DNA of 64,000 bases from Eledone cirrhosa (Eukaryota): assembly GCA_964016885.1 (NCBI GenBank), contig OZ024740.1, positions 182,466,001-182,530,000 on the forward strand. The letters are read 5' to 3'. Below the pieces are notes generated by a model that saw nothing but the letters and a program-made list of their open reading frames with translations, searched no databases and had not been told where the DNA came from. A program made the translations under genes and the position numbers. Shown in pieces: positions 1-12,489 of this stretch (its first letter is position 1; each line of letters begins with the position of its first letter).

Positions 1-2043
1 CAAGGACCTTAGTCTTTGTCATGTTGACTTTGAGACCCTTTCTTTCAAGTCCCTGCTTCCAAGTTTGGAATTTATTCTCTAGTTCTACCATAGATTCAGC
101 TATGAGTGCGAGGTCATCAGCATACAGGAGTTCCCATGGGCATCCGGTCTTAAACACCTCCGTTATTGCCTGCAGGACTATGATGAACAGGAGAGGGCTA
201 AGAACAGAGCCCTGGTGGACCCCAACCTGTACGTTAAATTACTCGCTATACTCATTGCTAATCCTAACTTTGCTGACTGCTCCCCTATACATGGCTTATA
301 CCGCTTTCACAAGCCATTCATCTACTCCTAGTTTTCTAAGAGCCCACCAGATTACAGCACGTGGAACTCTGTCAAAGGCTTTCTCAAGGTCGACAAATGC
401 CAAGTAGAGTGGCTTACTTTTAGCTAGGTACTTTTCCTGTAACTGCCTCACAAGGAAGAGGGCATCAGTGGTGCCTCTTCCTGGTACAAACCCAAATTGC
501 ATCTCGTCTATTTTCACCCGGTCCCTAATCAGCTGTGCTATAACTCTTTCTGTTGCTTTCATGACCTGGTCCATCAACTTTATACCTCTATAGTTTCCTC
601 TATCTAGTGCATCGCCTTTACCTTTGTAGCAGTTGACAATGATGCTACTGCACCAATCTTTTGGTATGACACCTTCTAGTATTACCTGGTTAACAATACG
701 TGTGGTTATAGTGTGACCTACAGACCCAGATGCCTTTAGCATCTCGGCAGCTATAGCTGATGGACCGGTTGCCTTCCCCATCTTCATATCTTTGATTGCC
801 TTACTTACTACGTTGCTGCTGACTTGTACTGCTGGCCCCTCTATAGGGTCTACTTGGGGTAGGGTCTCTTCTTCCCATGCATTCTCCTCATTTAGTAATC
901 TATCATAATGACTCTTCCATACATCTTTCTTCTCAGCACTTGTGAGGGCAAGCTCACCTTTATCATTCCGGATACACTTCTCTCCATTGACATCACAACT
1001 ATCTCTGACACACTGCCTCGCAATCTTGAATACCTCCTGTTTCTGGTCCTCACATTGCAAGACATGCTTGAATTTTCTATCCTCTGCTTCCCTCCTAGCT
1101 AAGTATACTTGTCGCCTAGCTTCCCTCTTGGTCTCTATGTAATGTACCCTGCTCCTCCCATTCTTCCATTCTTTCCATGCCTGTCTCTTGGCCTTAACTG
1201 CTTCATTTACCTTATTGTTCCACCACCAAGTCACTCTCCTCCTGCTTGAGGTCTTACTCCAGCCACAGACCTCATCCGTCGCCTCTAGTAAATTATTTTT
1301 TAGGAACTCCCAGTTCTCTTCTACATTAAATGTCTGTATCTGTTCTTCTTTACTGTCATAGGCGTTGAGTAAAATATCTTTAAATCTGTTACTGGTTGAG
1401 GGGACTTTCAGCTTCCAGATCTTTCTTCTCCAGGTTGGCCTCTGTTTCCGGGTTCGTCTAGTTCTGACCGTGAGGTCGCTGACAACTAAGCTATGTTGGG
1501 ATGTACATTCCTCACTGGGGAAGGCTTTTGTGTTGACGACTGTCCATCTTTCACGTCTCTGATGAGGATAAAATCTATCTGACTGGAGTGCTCCCCTGAT
1601 CTATAGGTGATCAGGTGGTTGTCGGGTTTTTTAAAGTTTGTGTTACATATCAACATGTCATTGGTGTCGCAGAATTCTAGAAGTCTGAATCCTTCCTCAT
1701 TTCTTGTGCCAACCCCATGGCCTCCATGTTCTCTATTGAAGCCGTCGCAGTGTTTACCTACGTGTCCGTTAAAATCTCCTGCGATGATTAGGAAGTCATT
1801 GTCGTCTGTTAGAGCAGTAGTGTGCATTAGGGACTCGTAAAACCTATCCTTAAGTTCGTCTGGCAGCCCCGATTGGGGTGCGTAAGCTGATATTATTGTG
1901 GTAATTGTTTTATTCAGGACTAGTCTGAGTTTAATGATTCTTGCATTTACCCTGTACACTGAGATTACTTTATCTACCCACTTGTCAGCTAGTAGTATAC
2001 CTACACCGCCCATCCCATCGTCATTTCCCACCCAGAAAAATTT
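1..2043 (-). mobile_element. RTE-clade LINE (APE endonuclease + reverse transcriptase), 5'-truncated, running off the window start; disrupted
   Basis: ORF 1486-2073 has APE motifs (GVGILL, AYAPQ, IIAGDFNGHVG, QIDFIL). ORF 296-1234 has RT motifs (NYRGIKL, QFGFVPG, AFVDLEKAFDRVP). QGSVLSP and LYADDL can be read at ~110-220. There is a 1-bp frameshift near 1558 and a stop at ~296. The 5' end abuts a (CAT)n-like tract. Confidence 0.95.
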
Positions 2044-2091
2044 GATGATGATGTTGACGATGATTATGAACATGAGGATGAGACAAATAAT

Positions 2092-2252
2092 TAATTGTTT
2101 CTACTATTGGCACAAGGCCAATAAAATAAAGTACCAGTACCATTACTGGTACTTTATTTTATCGACCCCGTAAGGATGAAAGGCAAAGTTAACCTCGGCG
2201 GGATTTGAACTCAGAATGGCAAGTGCCGTAACTCTATGTGTCAAATCATGGT
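2092..2252 (-). mobile_element. tRNA-derived SINE family A (GCCTTTCATCCTTACGGGGTCGATAAAATAAAGTACCAG body), partial
   Basis: Matches copies at 61168-61356, 62947-63128, 20215-20372 and others; B-box-like GAGTTCAAATCC on the minus strand. Confidence 0.85.
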
Positions 2253-2269
2253 AATGATGAATAGAAACA

Positions 2270-2620
2270 TTCTGAGATGCCATCCACATGAGACCAGTCC
2301 AGACATCTTTCATTTTTGTTTGAACTTTTTAGTAGAAGTGCAGACTCAATATAACTTGCTGAATTATTATCAATCTATGTAAACATACAGAAATGTATAT
2401 TTAATGGTGTAGAGAAAGATAATTAATAAGAAATGAAATAATTTGGAGATGCCATACTCATGAGACCCACTCCAGACATGTTTCATTTTTGTTGGAACTT
2501 TTCAGTAGGAGTGCAGATTCAGTGAAACTTGCTGAAGTATTTTGCAATAAAACCACTAAGTAAATATACAAAAATATATATATTACTTGGTGGTGCATAA
2601 ATTAATTAATGAGAAATTAA
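2270..2620. repeat. Diverged tandem duplication, period ~172 bp
   Basis: GAGATGCCAT...TGAGACC..TCCAGACAT..TTCATTTTTGTT.GAACTTT..AGTAG.AGTGCAGA occurs at ~2274 and ~2447. Confidence 0.75.
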
Positions 2621-2872
2621 ATTATACTGTACTGCTTGTAATTTATTTATCATGGGAATGTTTTTCAATATGTTGGAAGGCAGTTTTGCTATTATTAAAC
2701 ATATTAGTAGTGTTTTGATTTAACTATATGTAGTTTTATTTGTGCAATAGATATAATGTGCTAATGATTTTTAGACTATTAACAACATATTCCATGCTTG
2801 TTTGTGGGTGTGTGTGCACACTCATTTAAAACTACATTCTGAGTGGTCAGAAAGCTATTCTCTTCCTATATA

Positions 2873-3225
2873 ATCATCATCATCACCACCCTTTAACATC
2901 CATTTTTCCATGCTAGCATGGGTTAGATGAGTTATCTTGTGAGCAATGCCAGGTCAGGTGACTCTACAGCTGGATGCCCTTACTAATGCCAATCTCATTT
3001 ACAGTGCTGGGTGCTTTTTGCCTTGATGTGTAGACGACCACTTTATAGTGTGGGCTGGGTCCTTTTTGTGATGACACCTACAAAACCACTTTACAGTGTG
3101 GACTGGGTCCTTTACGTCATGACACCTCCACGACCATTTTACAGTGTGGACTGGGTCGTTTTTGTCATGTGACATACATAGCCAGTTTACAGTGTGGGCT
3201 GGGTGCATTTTACTCTGTCACCAGC
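2873..3225 (-). mobile_element. RTE-tailed non-autonomous retroelement fragment with ~5 internal 48-bp tandem units
   Basis: (CAT)n tail, TTTAACATCCATTTTTCCATGCTAGCATGGG, GCTGGATGCCCTT, then CCACTTTACAGTGTGGACTGGGT-type units at ~3038, 3087, 3134 and 3182. Confidence 0.8.
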
Positions 3226-3349
3226 CATGTATATGTTTTATCATTAGACTTGATTTGAACTAGAAATCCATATTTTCAATATGGTTTCAAATAGAAACCC
3301 TACAGTAGAGAACATTGAATGATGACTTTAGAAATAAAGTGAAAGTTTG

Positions 3350-3590
3350 TGACCTAGAGGTTAGGATGTGGAGCTCTGATTGGAAAGTAACGGATTTCCA
3401 GAACTAGATATGATGTGTCTTTGCACTTGTTGCTCCAGTTCACTCAGCTGAAACAAATGAATACCTGCTCCAGATTGTAAAAGTGTGGCCTCCCACTCAG
3501 AAGCGAGTCTTATACTCTCAGTTACTTAAAGCAAGATGAAATTCTGTAGGCTTCAGTCTGGTTAGCCACTAGTCTCCAGAAGGAACTATT
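3350..3590 (+). mobile_element. Degenerate CORE-type SINE
   Basis: TTGCTCCAGTTCACTCAGCTG core shared with 17020, 25756 and 37405; tail resembles that of the 17020 copy. Confidence 0.55.
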
Positions 3591-3878
3591 TTAAAAATTA
3601 GAAATAAAGTTCTGATAGCAAACCCTGCATAAGGCATGTGTATATGTAGTAACGGGGCAACTGAAAATATTATTAAACTGTTAGAGTAAAATACAAAATT
3701 CTTAAGATTAAATTAACACTAGGTTTGCAGTGATTGATTGGTAGATAACCAGTAATGTTTTTTTTTTGTCGATTAATCTTTGATATTTGGTAATTATGGT
3801 TGTTTGTTATTAGGTTGGACCAAGGAAAGCATAGGTGACGGAGATATTTAGAAAACATATTGGATTCATGTAGAAATA

Positions 3879-4222
3879 TCATCATCATCATCATCATCAA
3901 CGTTTAACATCCGTGTTCCACGCTTGCATGGGTTTGGACGGGGGTAGTCCCACTTGAGGCAAGAGTGATTGTCTTGCTCGCATAGGACTGTCTGGCAGGT
4001 TTTCTACAGTTGGATGCCCTTCCTAACACCAACCACATTTACAGTGTGGGTCTGGGAGGTTTTTACCGTGTTGCCTACACGGCCACATTACAGCGTGGAC
4101 TGTGTGTTTTTTTGTCGTGACACCTACACGATCTCATTTGTTTCGGCCTGGATGGCGCGGCACCAACATAACTTTACATAGAACGGGGTGGCGTGGATGG
4201 GGGTGTGTGGGGGGGGGGGGTG
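3879..4222 (-). mobile_element. 5'-truncated copy (3'UTR + (ATG)n tail) of the RTE LINE at 49393-52425
   Basis: Near-identical reverse complement of ~52065-52425; spurious ORFs 3969-4181(+) and 52124-52336(-) differ at only 2 of 70 aa. Confidence 0.9.
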
Positions 4223-4348
4223 TATTTTGTTATATAAATATATAAACACATATTATTTTCTAATAGAAGCATATACAATATGTTTCTTCTTCTTCTTCTT
4301 CAACATCATCATCGCCGCCGCTGCTGCTGCTGCCACCACCACCACCGC

Positions 4349-4735
4349 CATCATCATCATTTAACATCTATTTTCCGCACTAGCATGGGCTGTCACAATA
4401 TGCGACAAGTCAGGTCAGGAGACCACATTCTGCTAGTACAGATCTGTATTTTGGCTTTGTTTCTGTAGCTGGATGCCCTTCCCAACATCAACCACTTTAC
4501 AGTGTGGACTGAGTGCTTTTTATCATACTACAAAAACGACCATCTTACAGGTTGAACTGGATGCTTTTTGTAGTGTCACCAGCATAATTACTTTACAGAG
4601 TGAATGGTACTTTTTGTCATGTTATCAGCATAACCACCTAACAGGGTGGACTTGGTACTTTGTTTGTGTCACCATTATGACCTCTATACAGGATGGACAT
4701 ATGGTCTCCTGTCATGTCAATAATATTACCATAAA
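4349..4735 (-). mobile_element. Older RTE-tailed element with ~5 diverged 47-48-bp units
   Basis: (CAT)n-TTTAACATCTATTTTCCGCACTAGCATGGG...GCTGGATGCCCTTCC, then units at ~4492, 4540, 4588, 4634 and 4681. Confidence 0.7.
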
Positions 4736-5189
4736 AAGATTGTATTTGTAGCTGCCTCTTTTATGTGTAATAAACAGGCATACATTTTGCTTTGGGTATT
4801 TTAAACTGTGATCATATCATAGCTACCTTAGGTGTTAAGTGAAAATGGCTACACTCATGCCTCAGACATGTATAAACCCTATGATATATGAGATATATTA
4901 TTTACATTTAAATTATAAATGAGCAAAACATTCCATATTATCAGTTTCACTCATTTGTTAAATTTATTCATTACTGTATAATTTAAAATCATGATAATAA
5001 TGATGATGATGTATATATTATTTGTGTGTATTTATATAACTTATAAATAAAACCTTTAAACTGCTATATTGTTTGTAATATTTGGTTGTTTATAATTAAA
5101 CCATGGAAATAAAGAAATCTATAATTAAACCATGGAATATTCCATGGTATCAGCTAATCAGCTATTACTACATATCATTTTTAATAGTG

Positions 5190-5480
5190 TCACATGTGTA
5201 TATCCTAAAGGTGTGCCAGAGATAGACTCCTTTAATATTCTCACTATCACATATTTCCTCTGGTATATCTTGCATGATCATTACTGCTGACAACATCATA
5301 ATGTCCACCACCAATGTGAAACAAGGTGACTCACTTGGAAAACTCTCTTCTTCAGTTGTGGTTAATGCTGCTCTCTTTATTTGTTCATCATTCAGTCTCT
5401 GGCATATGTATGATGTAACACTGAGTAGTCTTGTTGAGTCCATCTCCAACAAACTCTACAATATATTCCAGTTCTTGAAC
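5190..5480 (-). pseudogene. Possible decayed OTU (ovarian-tumour) cysteine-protease domain fragment
   Basis: Minus strand 5330-5289 translates VTLFHIGGGHYDVV, resembling the OTU His-box. RLLSVTSYI lies upstream in another frame. A stop and a frameshift lie between them. Confidence 0.35.
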
Positions 5481-8049
5481 TAGTAATAAACTCACCCAAG
5501 TCAGAAGTGATAAATGTAAATGATAAGGAAAAACATTTACTACAAGATATGTTAAACAAATCAGTGAATTCCTTGCTACTAACAAGAACAAAATTATAAT
5601 TACTTTAGAAATAGTCTGACCAAACAACAGACTTAATAGATTTATTCTAGTATAGTTAATTTGAAGTTTTGCAAAGAGAGTAATAAACCTGAAATATCAT
5701 ATTAAAATATACTGGGTAAAACATTACTTTGTTTTATTTTATTTCATGCTCAGCCCTTTATATATTACTACCACATTGTACTGGCTTTCTGAAACTTATC
5801 AGGGATTTATCCTAACATAAAAAGAAGACCAGATTTCCTTTTAGCATTTTCTATCCTGATAATGGAGGAAGATGTTCATGAGGATTAACAAGCTTAGCTG
5901 AGGTTTTTCATATGTTGTATTGTTACTAACACTTTTATGTTGAATAAGGCTATCAGATTAGGTATCTGTCCATTGTACAACAGCATGTAAGGAATTTGCA
6001 AATTATTTTGAATGCTTTCTCTAAAACTTCAAATACGTATTACTGAGAATCATTTAAAATATCAATAATTAAACAATTATATAAGCTACTTTATAGCATC
6101 TCCACGCCTGAGCACATAATTCTTTATACTAATCTTATCCTCTCAATGTTTTAAAAGTCCGAGGGATCAGCTAAATATACATGTTGCTTACATATGATGT
6201 TTGTTGACAGCATCTGAAAGTTGTTATTCAGCTATGTTTTTTAAGACAGTAAGAGTTGTCATGCTGACTTGGCTTAATGGTCTAAAGAACCTAGCTGATA
6301 TTTGGGAGATATGGGTTCAATTCCTCATGGTGGCTGATGGCAACTTCTTTTTCTGTCTTTCAAAGGTCTTGACCTTATTTTATGAGCTGTTTTATAGCAC
6401 CCCTCTGCACATGAGCACATCAATCTTTATATTAAATTAAACTATTTACTTAAGCTTTTGTAAATTTTTAAATGAGAGCAAATAGATAAATAAAAATAAT
6501 CTTATATATTTAAAAAGTGTTAAATAAATTCAACATCAGTCAGGGAGATAATGTAGTTGACATATTTATAGTTATAGTAGTTCAGAAAACTGTTTTAATT
6601 TTGCTAATAAGATGACAAAATTCTAAATCATATTGTTGCTATGATAGCACTTCAACTTTTAATGTTTCATATACTAAATCAATGACAAATCAAATCTTAG
6701 GCAAGTAGACAATTTCTTAAGCAAATCATGTAGTTGAAGATGTACTGTATGACATATAGCAACAAATAAAACATTTTAAATGAATTAAAATTTACCTTTT
6801 AGTGAAAAATGAATAAAACAGAACCTACTAGCAATCGTTGGCAACTCTCAAAGTAAAGGAGAATTAAATACTCATTTGACAAAAAATTGAATTTTCATGT
6901 AAACTATTTCATTACCATATTTCCAATGAGAGACATTGCCCTATAATTTTAAAATATTTTTTTATATAATCAAATGTTTGGAGAGATTTAATAATACAAG
7001 CAACATCAGTTGAAGGGATAAAGTGTGCAACATATTTATAGTCATTAGAAAACTACTATAGTCAGGTTAGGGCACTTTTTTTGAATGCCATTGGTTACAT
7101 ATAGCCCAGTAAAACCTGTCTGATGGTCAGATCATCAATGACTAAACCAGCAACCCCACTAATATTGCTTGATTAGGAGGGTGATTATTGAGCCTTCTTT
7201 AAGACAAAAAGCAGAACCTGTCAAAGGCCAGAGGAACTGAGTTAATGACCAATCATTAACATGTATATATATATATATATATATATATATCCAAGATAGC
7301 ATGGAAGAATGGACGTAAAATGTGATGATGATGATGATATCATATGTATGTGTGTGTGTGTTTGTGTACATGTGTGTTGTATGTATTTTACTCTTTTACT
7401 CTTTTACCTGTTTCAGCCATCCGGCTGAGGCCATGCTGGGGCACCGCCCTTGAGATGTATGCATATATAATAAATGTAAATGGTTCTTTAAGGTTTTTAA
7501 ACTTTTCAACCTTTTTATGAGATCAACCCTCATTGCCTTGTGGAAGTGACTTGTCCCTGAGAAAGGCTGTGCTATGCAAAGACTTAGGCACACTCAGCCT
7601 ATTCACACTCCAGACAGCTGTGCATGGTGAAGAGATACATCTTCCTTAGGTATCTAAACACAGTGGATCTAGAGGAGTAAACCTTAGTAAAGATCCCAGT
7701 TAATCTATGAGTAGCAGTAGTCAATGAGTAGACTGTAGAAGTAGATGAAAGTGTTCTAAAATAAGGAGAGAAGTTGAGTAGGTGTTAAAGAAATTTAAAA
7801 CAACCAGAGATCAGGAGCGAGCAAAGTGAAAACTGAAAGCCTGCAGTACAACTGCAGATACATTTTGTATCTGCAATATTTGTGCTGGAAGGACATTTGG
7901 GCTGTAAATGGAAGACTAAAGGAGAAGAACATGCGAGAGAAACATAAACGAAGCACAGTAAGGAATCCACAAAAAATCTCTCCACTGATGATGCTATATT
8001 TGTAGTTAAGAATGTTATTGAGAAATATGGGGATACATTTATTGGAGTG

Positions 8050-8950
8050 TACATATATTTGACTGCAGTATATGACCATGTAGTATGAAATATTCTCTTT
8101 AAAGTGCGTTTAATGTGAACAGGAGCTCATAATTTGATTACAATCTAGAAAATGTTGTATAAGGTATCACAGCATCTCTCAGTGATACAAAGGCTAAGTC
8201 TGATGTCCTGACTGGTTGTAGACAAAACAGACAGGATTACCCTTGTATTTTCAATTATTATTTTTATTATGTATTAAGTTAGAGCACATGCTACTGATAA
8301 ATCATTCCCTGAAGAATGGAGAATTGTGTTTGAATACAATATTCAAAATATATGTTTAAATGAAAGGTAGAGGAACAATAGATGTTTAAGTGAAATTGAT
8401 GTTATTTGCTGGATTTTATACACTGATGAAACTGAGAAATTGTTCAATATCATTAACAACACATGTAAAAGATTTCGGCTAGCTGAAGTGTTCAACAACT
8501 AAACTAGCAGAGGAGTAACATTTCAGCATAAATGAAAATGCAATAGAGAATGTGAAAGAATTCATCTATTATTGAAAAGTGATTTCTAGTGATCCAAAAG
8601 CAATTTCGGTCGAGCTGCAAATATCAAAATCAACAGCTAAGTTTAATGAACTGAGAACAGTAGTAAGAGACAACAATGTTAATATAAACTCAAGAAGAAA
8701 GTTACTTGAAGCATGTGTAAAATCTCGACTGACATATGGAAAACAATTTTGGCTTTGAAAACAAAATGGAAATACAGAAAATGGAAACATCCTGGATTCA
8801 ATTTCAAAGAAGCATAGTTAAAATGGATTAAAGCAGAATCAATCATGATGAAGGAGAATACAATTTTGTATACACTAACATAGAAATACAAAATATTGAA
8901 AAGCCTCACCACTTATGAAACTTCGTCTATGCACAACACCTCATGGACTT
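8050..8950 (+). mobile_element. Old, highly degenerate RTE-like LINE RT fragment
   Basis: Remnants TGCRQ..PCIFNYY (~8210-8270), ILYTDE (YADD-like, ~8412) and ELQISKSTAKFNELRTV..RRKLLEACVKSRLTYGKQFW (~8611-8755). Confidence 0.6.
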
Positions 8951-10014
8951 CAATGAAGTTAATGGACTATCTCTCAGAACAAAAAAGAATATTACTAAGT
9001 TGTTGTTTGTAATGCAGCTTACCAAAAGTTCTCATAAAACATTATGATGGAAAATATTTAGAAAAATATAAACACTTTAAAATAAACCATTTTATAACAT
9101 AGTTATGGATGAAGGTGTTTTAACATCAAAAGTGTTAATCTGATCTTAGTATACAAGGTGACAGCTACATGCATAGTTCAATCTTATTAGACCTCAACAG
9201 TAAAGTATATTCTGCTCAAGCCTGCTATGATCAGTGAACATATTTCTACAAAAAGAAAACAATTTACAAATAATTTTTTCCAGTATTGTATGATAAAGGT
9301 TTGCCACAAACTGTTAAAAAACTTATGAGTAATAAAAGATGGACAAAATTAAATGGAAAAACTATTCTGAAAATGAATATGTACCGTGCACTTCACTTAC
9401 TTTTAATGTAAAATAACGAGGAAATTTTAGAAATTTCTTCTTATGGAAATGGAATACAATTTATAGTATTTTGAGATATTTAATGGATTTTAAAAAAAAT
9501 TATTTACATGTATTCATTTCAAAACAGCAAATTAATAATAAAAACAAGAATTCTTTACACTCAATGTTTTTTTGATGCCTACAGGACCTCACTAATATAT
9601 GTGTTATTCCTGGATCTTCACTATACTCAACTTCTCATAATTACAGTTATCCTAAAGTATTCTAGTTCATAGAATTATTTCTAATATCTATTATATATAT
9701 CTTTAAATGATATAAAACCTATCTATTTTTGTCTGTTCAAAATCATAATCAAATTATATTATGCACAAAGAAATGTGAAATCTGTGTTGTTGTTTGTTTA
9801 GCTCCATGTCAACATTGATCAAACACACCCTCTATGATCATAGGCATTCTCAACATGACAATCATTTTTAAGGATGATCTAGGATTGCATAATTTGATGT
9901 GTGTTCTTTCCTTTTTAAGGCAGTCGAGTTTGATGGGGATGTGGCCGCTATTTTTAATAGATCAACCAACCATGTAGAAGCTTTCCTCTTTTGTTCTTGT
10001 GTTTATCACTCTAT

Positions 10015-10190
10015 CAACATCATCCTTTGTTTGTTCTCATCTCCATGCTTACATGGGTGGGATGGGTTTTGCAACAACATTTCCCTCCATTGATTGCACT
10101 CTTTCATTATCTATTCTGTGAAATTCAGTGTTTCGAGAATCACTTTCACCATTTCTGCCCAGTCTCTCCTTGAACTTCCTCTACTGCAGT
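10015..10190 (-). mobile_element. Old RTE LINE 3'-end fragment
   Basis: (CAT)n, CTCCATGCTTACATGGGTGGGA tail; the minus strand gives RGSSRRDWAEMVK, similar to RGRPRKTWAEGVR of the 33575 copy. Confidence 0.55.
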
Positions 10191-10671
10191 TTCATTAAAC
10201 TTGGGACTTCTGGCACCACACACACAAACACACACATATATATAGGAAAAAGAAGTTGAAAATGCAATTGGAGTCTTTAAAAATGTTTAATTACAATTAT
10301 GTTTAACTTTACTGGCTTCACAAGTTTCATGACTTTCAAACGTTAAGAGAGATAGAGAGATGTGTGGCTATGCCAACTTTTAACTCATTACAAGTCGGCT
10401 CAGCCACACATCTCTATTCTAAATCTATCTATCAAATCTATCTATGTATCTAACTATCTATCTTGGATGGACACACGAGTGAAACTTGCTGGGTAAGTTC
10501 TGCCTAAATTTCTATAGAAATTCCTAACTGTAAACCTTCATTTTTATACCAATTTGTAGAGGGACTGCCAGGTCAAATTTTGATCTGGTCAGTCTCTCAA
10601 AACATTCTACGCCTTTAGGCGAAATAGTTCACAATACGTTTTTTTTTGGAAAAGCTAACATTTTTTTTTAA

Positions 10672-12455
10672 ATGGCTGAAGCTTCTTCACCAACATTCGA
10701 AGGAGGAAAGTGGAAGATATGCTTACAGCTTTTCCCTGCCACTGTCATAGTAGCAGATGTCAAAGACAAAGGTCAGCCAGAGGAAGGATTTTCTCCACCT
10801 GCTGACCAACAACTTGACGCAACAAACCAATGTGTGAAATAATGAACAAAAACAACACAACCAGCGGCACCAGCAACAACAACAATGCTACGAACGAAAA
10901 CAACACCAATAACAATAACAACAACAAGACCAACAAAGAAGTAAACGACAAAATATTGTTTGAGCAAACCGTAAAGAAAATGGTAAGCTACACACCGGTA
11001 GATATTTCAAATGCAAATGACCTTTTGAATAACGCCAGACAGTACATAACTTTTGGGGAGAACGGATCATTCTCCATAAACTCTCCTCCAGATTTGCGAA
11101 GAGAAGCTGCCTTGAAAACTGTGGTTTTCAGGACAGTCTCAAACAAAACCCGGAAACCGACTCAACTTTCACAAGGCGAAATTGAGTTGGTTTTAGAAGA
11201 TACCTTAAAAGACATTGCTTTCATTCAGAAGGGTAGACTCTACGGGAGTTTATCCATTCTGATGAAAGACCAACTGGCGGCACAGAAATACTCTGTGTCG
11301 CCAATTGTGTCACCATTGTTCACCTTTTTCCCCACTTACATGGGGAAAAGAACACAAAAAATAAAAATCCAAAGTATCACACCAATTTGGTGGGTACTAT
11401 GTGGATTTTTAAATCTAGAAAAAGACACAATAATATCGGTAGGTAAGTCCTCCGGCGAACTGTTCAGCGGAACTAGCCTGGAGATTCTCGTCCAAATGAC
11501 ACCAGCACGAATAGCTAGGATCCCGGAACATGTGCTGCTGGATGGACGTATATACATAAACATTTCGGTCGAGGGTAGGTGGCCCTCATGTTACCACTGC
11601 CTAAGCAGGGATCACCTGAGAGCTTCCTGTCCTCGGCTAACTAGCCAAAAAAAGGCATTAACTGCCAACATCTGCAATACCAGCACAACAATCACCACCA
11701 CCAACACCACAACAACAACAACAACAACAACAACAAACAACAAACACAGACCCACCCAACCTTCCCCACCTAAAACAACTCCAGAAACACCCACACACAT
11801 AATAGCTCCCCAAAATGTACCCCTCCCCAACAACACGGATGAGGCCTCATCATCGTCACTGGGTGACGATGAGGAAGAGCCTTTCCGACCAGTAAAAAGA
11901 AAAAAGATAAGACATAACACAAACAAAAGTGCAACAAACACACAAACACCAACACAAGCGACGCCAACGTCACAAACAAAAACACCCCCTCCTGAAAACA
12001 AAACACCTACAACAAAACGTAAACACACACAAGAACCACAGAAAAAAAGCAACACAACACAACAAAAATGTTATACCTACATAAATACTAACAATAAAAC
12101 TTTAACAGACACCATATATAAAAACCCTTGGAGACTGAAGGGAAAACTGTTACACACTCTTCGGAGAATCCTAATCTTAAAATGATTAGGATCCTCACGG
12201 ACACACATAAGCAGTTAAAAGAAGTTTCCTAACGACGTAGGTAACCCCTGCGTCAAACCCTATAACCACGTCCGTTTGAAATATTTCCCCACCGCCACCG
12301 CAGACACACCCACCCCAGACACCGCCACTCCACCTGAAACCCCCTCTCCACCAAACATATCCGTCCCCACCCCGCCAGAGACCACCACCCAACCAAACAA
12401 CCCCTCCAACACCATGGAAATTGTGCAGCCTGGTACCCAGGAGACGAAGAGGTGA
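10672..12455 (+). pseudogene. ORF1 (gag-like, CX2CX4HX4C zinc knuckle) of the Tx1-like LINE, frameshifted
   Basis: The 451-aa ORF 10830-12185 contains CYHCLSRDHLRASC. Probable true start is AAATGG (ATG 10672, MAEASSPTF...), with a frameshift near 10830. A Pro/Thr-rich C-terminus resumes in other frames and ends ...QETKR* at TGA 12453-12455. Confidence 0.8.
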
Positions 12456-12489
12456 GTGATTTTCTTTTCCTCTTATTTTAATTTTTCAG

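Noticed and set aside
2999-4735. CRISPR-like repeat/spacer appearance of the 48-bp arrays
   Set aside because: The 'spacers' are homologous to each other, the repeats are degenerate, the arrays lie inside retroelements in animal DNA, and there are no cas genes.
6260-6340. tRNA-like sequence (and tRNA-like heads at 17020, 37405, 57790)
   Set aside because: A and B boxes are present but no complete cloverleaf; these are SINE heads or relics, not tRNA genes.
7530-7690. Resemblance to an RTE 5'UTR / HDV-like ribozyme
   Set aside because: Too degenerate to build the nested pseudoknot by eye.
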